Shown here piece by piece: positions 55,238-64,000 of a stretch of DNA of 64,000 nucleotides. This DNA comes from Eledone cirrhosa (lineage: Eukaryota): positions 154,070,001 through 154,134,000 of the forward strand of contig OZ024742.1 in the NCBI GenBank assembly GCA_964016885.1, read 5' to 3'. The notes below the pieces were generated by a model. The model saw only the letters and a list, made by a program, of their open reading frames with translations. It did not search any database and had not been told where the DNA came from. Numbering within the stretch: the stretch's first letter is position 1; each line of letters opens with the position of its first letter. Position numbers and translations under genes: made by a program.

Positions 55238-55244
<7 letters not shown>
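53935..55244. repeat. 483 bp hammerhead tandem array: ~120 bp inverted arm plus about 2.5 plus-strand units, between (TA)n tracts
   Basis: 483 periodicity. 53935-54053 is the reverse complement of about 54267-54387. Confidence 0.93.
54121..54204 (+). ncRNA. Type I hammerhead with extended stem II; copies at 54604-54687 and 55087-55170
   Basis: ACCTT-CTGACGA-GAATCTC...GGGATTC-GAAA-CCGATCGG-TA-AAGGT. Confidence 0.9.
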
Positions 55245-55300
<56 letters not shown>

Positions 55301-55393
55301 TAGATAGATAGATAGATAGATATAATTATTATCATAGAGTAAAATGACAGAAGGCCGGACTCGGGAAATTCCTTCAAAGATTTATTTCAGCAA

Positions 55394-55451
55394 ACACTAG
55401 GTACATTTCAGTGGCCAGGTTATGTAAAGTCATGGTGACATCATCTGGTGT
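55394..55451 (-). ncRNA. Degenerate hammerhead-like motif
   Basis: Minus strand ACAC-CAGATGA-TGTCACCA..TGGCCACT-GAAA-TGTACC-TA-GTGT. Confidence 0.4.
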
Positions 55452-55929
55452 ATATTACATAATATATATATAATAAATGAATACTGGTAAACACAATCAA
55501 AGAGCCTATAATGAGAGTAATCTGATTAAAAAACAGGAAAAAGGTTTTTGACTCGAAGGTGATCGAGAGTTGTTGTCAGTTTATATATATATATATGAGT
55601 GTCTGTGCGTGTGAGGATCTACAATTTTACTCACTCGTTATATATGCTTTGTTTTGTTCCTTGCGCGCTTAACGGCCTCACATATTTAGAGTCTTTTTTC
55701 GTGACGCACATACTTTTGAAACTATAACATCTAACATATAAACGACTTTTGCAACCATAGGGTTTCTCTCTACCACCCTCAGCGCAAATCGGATCACAAA
55801 CCTCATGCATGCACTTATGGACGTTAAATATTTCACCGAATCCCTCAGGAAAACACTGCCCTTTTCTTTCATATATCAGAGGGTGATGTAGAGGCGAGAT
55901 ACGTCACAATTATTCCGTTGCCGACGTTG

Positions 55930-56830
55930 CTGCATCCTACGTTGGTGTTCTGAGACGTCCCTCCTCCTTCTGCCCCTGCTGGCGTCGAGTCACGCCAACG
56001 CACTCGGGATGCCATCCAGTGCAGCCTGGCCTCAGACAGGCTCACGCGCCAGCTCGACCAGCACCGCCTTGCTTGTTTTTGTGCGGCCTCCAAATCCCAA
56101 AGTGGTGCCTGGCTCCATGTTCTGCCCTCCCTCTCCACTGGCACGCAGCTAGACAACCATAGCCTGCGAATCGGCGTTTCCCTGAGGCTCGGCCTCCGGA
56201 TCTGCCAGCCACACCAATATCGCTACGGTTCCACCGTGGACTCTTTCAGCCTCCACACGCTTTCCTGTCGCCACAGTGCCGGCCGCATTCGACGCCATAC
56301 TGCCCTCAACGAGGTCATTAAGCATGGCTTCGACGCTGCAGGCTTCCCTTCCTAGCTAGAGCCGGTGGGGCTGGATCGAGAGGAAGGCAAAAGGCCAGAT
56401 GGCATGACCATCTTCCCGTTCCGCGGTGGCAAACCCCTCGTCTGGGATGCCACTTGCACCGACACTTTCTGCAGCCGCAACTTGTTGCAGTCTGCGACTG
56501 ATCCAGGTTCTGCTGCACGTCGGGCTGAGGGGGGCAAACTCCGCAAATACCGGTCGCTCTCCGACAGGTTTGCAGTCGTTCCCCTGGCAGTGGAAATTCT
56601 GGTGCCTTCGGCTGCTGAGCTACCTCCTTACTCACCACCATAGGCGCTGAGCTGGCCAGCCGCAGGTGTGAGCCCCGCGAGTTGGAGTGGCTTTTCCAGC
56701 GCGTCTCTGTTGCCGTCATCCGGGGAAACACCATCTCCATTCTGTCCGCCGGGGCTGTGTATGGGCTCCATCGCGTACCAATACATTAGTTAAATACCAT
56801 TCTTTCATCTGATACAACACAATAAAGTAA
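55930..56830 (+). mobile_element. CRE-like non-LTR retrotransposon 3' fragment (zinc finger plus RLE), decayed
   Basis: SGAWLHVLP..LRLG..H.LSC..RRH..LN..LEP.GL..KRPDGMT..P..GKPLVWDATCTDT, followed by AATAAA. Confidence 0.8.
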
Positions 56831-57612
56831 ATAACATACTTGGATAGTGTCAGCTCTGTTTCGCCATGCATTTGTATATAGGCACGATCTTAATATTCTC
56901 CAGAAGGTAAGTCACTGTATAATAAAGGAAAAGCAGAATGATGTAAAGCTGGAGCAGGTGCTTCGTAAATATCTTAGCTGTTCACGATACTGATGCTGGG
57001 AAGTCTCATTGAAATGATCCCAGTACCGGTGTAGGCAAATCGCTGCAACGTGAAACAAAGTGCCCTGCCCAAGACAAAGTATGTCCTCATACAAAATCAA
57101 TACTCATTACCATCAAAGATCACAAAATTCAGAGTGGATGTAAACGATAATTTTTTTTTTTTGCTCTTAATAACGATTTTCAACTGATACATGGCCAAAA
57201 GTGTGATATGAAATTGTAACATCAATGACATTTACAATGGTATTTACCACGTGCTTTTTAAAGATATTAGTAGATATCATCCATGTGGCCTTTATTTTGT
57301 AGTTTGAAGTGTGGTGTCCGGGCTGCAATTGAAGTGTAGGTTTGAGTCTCTTCACTTTGAACATGAATAAAACATAATATAAATGTATAAAAATAAGACT
57401 TTAGATATAGAGATTTTTTTTCAAAGGAAGAGTTAACTGAAACTTATTTGGTGATTTTAACACTCTAATATAAAAGCAATAATGAATAAAGTTACAATCG
57501 CAGCTGGTTATTTCGATATAATGTCTGAGACTGCCGGCATTATGATTTTCAAACATGAATGTTTGTTTTATGCCACTCAACACGGACACACACTCACACA
57601 CACACATTTATA

Positions 57613-57681
<69 letters not shown>

Positions 57682-57851
57682 GCCTCTACACTTAAATAGC
57701 ATGTTAATATCTAGTTAAAAGTGTGATAACTCACATATTGACTTTGTTACACATTTGAATCTTTATTTAATATTTTCATTTGTAGATACCGTTAGCATAG
57801 AACATATTCTGTAGAACAATCCATTCATTATAAATAAAAACGCCACATAAT

Positions 57852-58043
57852 AATTGTTTCTGCATTTGGCACAAGGGCAGAAATTATTCAGTGCATTACT
57901 GGTAATTTATTTTATCGACCCACGTATGGATGAAAGGTAAAGTTAACCTCTGCGGGATTTGAACTGAGGATGGAAAGGGCCGTAACTCTATGCGTCAAAG
58001 CATGGCGTCTGACCCTCTATAAATACTGCCATTCCAGCGCCCT
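57852..58043 (-). mobile_element. tRNA-derived SINE, diverged
   Basis: Reverse complement of the SINE body. Confidence 0.8.
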
Positions 58044-60361
58044 TTAACACGACATGATAATAATTAGGCACACCTCTTATTTAAAACAGAATAATACTAA
58101 ACGAAATAATTCTCGTTACTCCTTTCAAGCATAATAACAAATTAGTAATTAAGATTAAATATTTGCACTGTTACATAATTACATTTAAAGAATGTCCATA
58201 CAACAAATACACATGTGGATTTCATGCACAAGATTCTTTGGTCAGATATCAGATCAGTTAATTTCCAGGGCAAATGGTGACGAATGATATTAGATTATAT
58301 CCTTGAAATAAAATGTAATATTAAGTGTTCATAAAAACATGTTATGGCATCTAGAACGAAATAATTTTATCTCAAATATGCTTTATAGCTTAATATACAT
58401 TTTCTAATCAGAAATTTATATCAATCTACCGGGGACAGAATTTATCTATTTAACCTTAATAAATTCAATAAATTACGAGGAATTTTGTATTTTCCTCACA
58501 AGGATGAATATATTGTACAGCAATGAATATAAGACGGCTTAATACAATAAAATATAAGATTCTTTTTAAAATAAATATCCCGTTCCCTATTCAGGACTGA
58601 ACCACAAAGCAGGTGCCTCGTAATATTCAATACCTTGACAGCACATTAATTGCATACCTGAGTATGGACAGAAAAGTGATATGAATGGAGCCTTTCAATA
58701 CAATATATACGATTCTATAGAATTTCTCGAACTGCGTCAAATAGACGCCACATCTCCATCGTAAACGAAACGTATATTGGATAAGATATCTCTAGATAAA
58801 CGTTGCTTGCAAAATGACGTGATTGTTACATCTGGTACCTCATTCTACTTTCTCAGTCCTAGCCTGGTGGTAAAGATACAGTTAAATATTAAGAGAATAA
58901 GAACACAATTAAACTCAATATCACATAATTTTATTTAGTATTATATTAAAAAAAACAAAAAAAACAAAGGCATAGTTGAAGCAATTATCACATGGAAACT
59001 GAATAGTTTCAAGTATTTTGTTGTTAGAGAGCCTGTTCCTCGAGAAAAATAAATGCTTTTTCGCCGCTAAGCTTTATAACAATTTTCTTTTGTATGATTT
59101 AGTCAAATATAACATCTCGCCACAAAGATGTTAATATAATTGTGCAGAAAATAATTTCCAGTGGTGTGATATATTATAATAGAATGATAAAGTGAATTGC
59201 TTCCTTTGCTGTAGGAACACTCACATCATTATATATATAAATATACATATATATATGTCTGGAAATTTACTCGAGATATTATTTCTAAATTACATAGGTA
59301 TTAAAGTCATAAATACATTTGAAGTGCCCCGTTGAGAAAAAGATAAGATTAAAATCTAACGACTATGAGATATTATATAATCATGTGTTGTTAATAAGAT
59401 GTAATGTTAGAATTAGAGATGATAAAGTCATCTGAAATGATGTAACGGATCATAGACAAATATTAGTACGACATTATTTTCATGCAGATAATAAACAGCC
59501 CAACTTCTTTGTTATGATCTGTCATTTAACCTTGATTTCTCACATTATTATTTCTGGTTAATATCAGATCATGTTTCTATCTGAATATATTGTATTAGTG
59601 TTTCGTTTGAACCTCTCAATGTCTATGTACAACGACAGTTACATAACCTCATATATCAGTGAATAATGGTGATGTTTGTATCAGATGCTTTTCATAAAGA
59701 AGAATACAAATAATTATAGACGATAATTTGGATGGAGAAAGAAGTAGGTTTTCACATTTTATCGAAAACTCTCCTCTGTGTAAATTGATGATCTTTAGAG
59801 AAGGAAATTACTTTTTAACATAGCTTCAATTACATAACTAAATATGTGGTAGACATGAAAGCATAGGACGTTGTTTGATATTTTATGTTGTTTGTGTTAT
59901 GACTGGAAACAGATTACGGCAAATGTAACAAGAAACTGTAACAAATGTAACAAGCAACTGTAGATTCATGACTCATTAATACCCGTTGATTGGGTGGATT
60001 AAACCTTGCTAGGGTTATCAGTTGTTAACGAATACTTTCAGTACCTTTTCAGGTAAAATGACCAAATATATATTCTATTTAAGGGATTTTATTTTGTTTT
60101 TTTCTTAACTGTTGCTCCATCTCAAGATATTTTTTGAAGATTATGAATGTGTAAAGCCTGTTTATTAATGTAAGTACATTTTCACAAAGGATCAAAGTGG
60201 ATAGTCAAATTAAGTTAGACATAGTTGGGCCAATGCTGTCCCAAACATGACCAAGTTATCAAAGTTATATATATATATATATAAAACTTCGATAACCTTG
60301 TTAGGTTTCGGCCAGCATATATATGTATATAAAGATGACAAGCTACTTCGAGTCTTTAAGA

Positions 60362-60405
<44 letters not shown>

Positions 60406-60408
60406 ATT

Positions 60409-60459
60409 AGATTCTACAGGACTAGAACTGTTTCATTCTTTAGAAATCATCAGGAATCT
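60409..60459 (-). ncRNA. Type I hammerhead ribozyme (solo, abutting (TA)n)
   Basis: Minus strand AGATTC-CTGATGA-TTTCT-AA-AGAAT-GAAA-CAG(TTCTAGTC)CTG-TA-GAATCT. Confidence 0.75.
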
Positions 60460-60926
60460 GGCTATCCACAAATAAATGTGGTATTTATAGGTGTTTTCGA
60501 GTGGTAGGAGAGGGTGGGGCGTGGGATGGCTAGAGGTCATTGGTTGATAGAAAAGGGAATTCATTAAAGGCTAATACTTAAAAGTTATAATTTATATTTA
60601 GAGTGACAAAGGCAGAAAGAATTCTATAAACAAGTTCAGAATGTGGTGCCACTCCTTATTTTTAAGTGTCTCTTAAGCTAACAATCACTATATTTCAGGT
60701 GTCTATAAGATCATTGGGGGTCGGTCATGATTGATGGATTTCAAGAAAAGGGAAAATTCTTTAAAAGCTAATCCTTTAAAGTTGTACTTAGAGTGACAAA
60801 TGCCAAGAGAATTCAATAAACCAGTTCAAAATATTGGGTACCTATCACTATTTTCAGGTTTCTCTTAAGCTATATTCCAGCTGTAAACAGACACATTCAC
60901 AAACGCACACACACACGCCCCGCCCC

Positions 60927-60980
<54 letters not shown>

Positions 60981-61040
60981 ATAAATATATATATATATAT
61001 ATATATGTATATAAATATATACACACATACATATATATAT

Positions 61041-61081
<41 letters not shown>

Positions 61082-61103
61082 TATATTATATATTATATAT
61101 ATA

Positions 61104-61171
<68 letters not shown>

Positions 61172-61174
61172 ATT

Positions 61175-61206
<32 letters not shown>

Positions 61207-61231
61207 CAAATATATACACACATACATATAT

Positions 61232-61361
<130 letters not shown>

Positions 61362-61364
61362 ATT

Positions 61365-61398
<34 letters not shown>

Positions 61399-61423
61399 CA
61401 AATATATACACACATACATATAT

Positions 61424-61534
<111 letters not shown>

Positions 61535-61594
61535 TAGAAAGTGATGTTTTTTTTTTACAAAATGAAAAATAACCGAGGTGTCCTACACGAGTGA

Positions 61595-61891
61595 AAGTAT
61601 AAAGAAAAAGGGATGAAATCGAAAATGCAACTGGACTCTAATTTAAAAAAAATATATATATTTTGGGGGGGTTCCTTTACCGGTTTCGCAGTTCTTCTGC
61701 TTTTCAAAAGGTGAGTTGAGATGGAGGGTGTGTGGTTTTTCTCACAGATGTGAGAAAAACCACAGACCCTCCATCTCAACTCACCTTTTGAAAAGCAGAA
61801 GAACTGCGAAACATGTAAAGAACCAAATAAATATATATGTTTAAAAAAAAATAAGACTCCAGTTGCATTTTCGATTTCATCTCTTTTTCTA

Positions 61892-61895
<4 letters not shown>
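61595..61895. repeat. ~150 bp-arm fold-back between (TA)n tracts
   Basis: Inverted repeat centred at about 61746. Each arm has an outward-pointing GCGAAAC-NN-GTA. Confidence 0.85.
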
Positions 61896-61927
<32 letters not shown>

Positions 61928-61994
61928 TTCGTGGAACACTGGAAGTTAATATCCGTAGTGGTAGAGCACTCAGTCCAAGGGACGAGTTAGGTAG

Positions 61995-62141
61995 AAGTGG
62001 TTACACAAAAGTTAGTTCACCATACCGAGAACAATTATTTCACGTTAGCGGATCTTCAGCTCGCGATGGGCCCATTCCCATCTGAAGATCCGCTAAGGAG
62101 AAACAACTGTTCTCGGTATGGTGAACTAACTGTAGTGTAAT

Positions 62142-62145
<4 letters not shown>
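61995..62145. repeat. Short fold-back with a degenerate HHR in each arm
   Basis: Minus CGAG-CTGAAGA-TCCGCTAACGT-GAAA-TAATT-GTT-CTCG. Plus CTGAAGA-TCCGCTAAGGA-GAAA-CAACT-GTT-CTCG. Confidence 0.65.
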
Positions 62146-62206
<61 letters not shown>

Positions 62207-62682
62207 AGAACTTCTATTTAAATTGTTGGGATACAACAAGCAAACATCTTTATAACTGATATAAAGCACTCAACAAATTATTACAGTAAAAATACGATAT
62301 ATTAACAAATGGAAACTATATTTATAAAACAATATTTATTTCATTTTACATATTTCAAGGACACCAAGTTAAATTATGGTGTGCTTTAATCAGATAAAAT
62401 ATAATATAGAGCAGTTTTATGAATAAATATTGACATACCCATAAAGAATGCGACCGTTCCTGCTTAGTTGACTGTATCTAGGCGATTACGCTGTCAAAAT
62501 ATTCGATAAATATTCCACTACAGCCGACGCGAAGCGCTAGTTTTGGTTATTTGTCTGAGATTCCTTCATAGAAGCCTCATTCGTATAGCCTGGTCTATTC
62601 GATTTTTTATATAGTTAATTATGCTAATTGGGAGAGGAATTAGTATATATTTTATCTTGTGATTCTATAGACATGTTTTATG

Positions 62683-62903
<221 letters not shown>

Positions 62904-62907
62904 TATA

Positions 62908-63950
62908 TAAATATGTATGTACACGTACATACATATATGTATACAGACGTACAGTAGTATGTATATATATATACATACATGCACACATATATATATGTAC
63001 GTATGGATTCACCAAACATTTATTAAAATGCTCGGTGTGTTTGTAAACAAACATCCCGTATTAAGCTGTAGTGTCTAGTAACCATCGTTGCTCGTTTGTT
63101 CAACACTGACAAAGGAACACTGTACTACTTTCAAGCTTATTAGCTATCGTCAGCAACGTACACCTTCCTGTGAGGTTGTTGAACGTATATACTTACCTTA
63201 TGCATATTAACGGCTGAGTAGCCCAATTTGCTGACGATATCTAATAAGCTTGAAACTAGTACAGCGTTCCTTTGCCAGTGTTGAACAAACGAGCAACGAT
63301 GGTTGCTAGACACTACGGCTTAATACGGGATGTTTGTTTACAAACACACCGAGCATTATAATAAATGTTCGTTGAATCCATACGTACATATATATATATG
63401 TGTGCATGTATGTATATATATACATACTACTGTACGTCTGTATACATATATGTATGTACGAGTACATACTTATATTTAAGTAACAGCCGTACTAAGAGGT
63501 GGAAATGAAATTTCGTTTCATTTTTTCAGTTCATGGTTTTCGGTGCACCCGGCCGATTAACCCACTCGATATGCAAACTGGCCTACCTAGCCGTTAATAT
63601 GCATAAGGTAAGTATATACGTTCAACAATCTAGCATGAAGTTATACGTTGCTGACGATAGCTAATAAGCTTGAAACTAGTACAGTGTTCCTTTGTGAGTG
63701 TTGAACAAACGAGTAACGATGGTTGCTAGACACTACGGCTTAATACGGGATGTTTGTTTACAAATACACCGAGCATTATAATAAATGTTCGGTGAATCCA
63801 TACGTACATATATATATGTGTGCATGTATGTATATATATATACATACTACTGTACGTCTGTATACATATATGTATGTACGTGTACATACTTGTATTTAAG
63901 TAACAGCCGTACTAAGAGTGGGAAATGAAATTTCGTTTCATTTTGTCCGT
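62908..63950. repeat. 420 bp hammerhead tandem array: ~320 bp inverted arm plus about 1.7 plus-strand units, between (TA)n tracts
   Basis: CTGACGATA at 63231 and 63651. 62908-63227 is inverted. Units are slightly diverged. Confidence 0.9.
63646..63686 (+). ncRNA. Minimal type I hammerhead; copies at 63228-63266 plus and 63118-63158 minus
   Basis: CGTTG-CTGACGA-T-AGCT-AATA-AGCT-T-GAAA-CTAG-TA-CAGTG. Confidence 0.85.
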
Positions 63951-63951
63951 T

Positions 63952-63983
<32 letters not shown>

Positions 63984-64000
63984 CACACATATATATATAT

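Overview
This is AT-rich eukaryotic DNA with no recognisable host gene, dense in (TA)n/(CA)n microsatellites. The SINE family and repeat landscape suggest a cephalopod (octopus-like) genome, which is an inference. Bases 1-13.5 kb are a stack of decayed non-LTR retrotransposons (R4/Dong-type RLE elements and Tx1/L1-type APE elements) joined at (TAA)n tracts. The rest holds a CR1/L2-group LINE fragment, a CRE-like RLE fragment, about a dozen tRNA-derived SINEs and four Penelope-like element (PLE; RT plus GIY-YIG) insertions, each with an inverted arm. The most notable signal is non-coding. At least four families of 420-525 bp tandem units each carry one hammerhead ribozyme (HHR) per unit, like non-LTR retrozymes or circRNA-derived inserts. 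Each array sits inside (TA)n as two head-to-head arms, the same geometry as the neighbouring PLEs, which suggests PLE-driven twin-primed integration of circular or multimeric ribozyme RNAs. The ~525 bp family has all hammerhead strands in exact register but in an order that is none of types I, II or III, a candidate new topology. All folds were paired by eye and coordinates of element ends are approximate.
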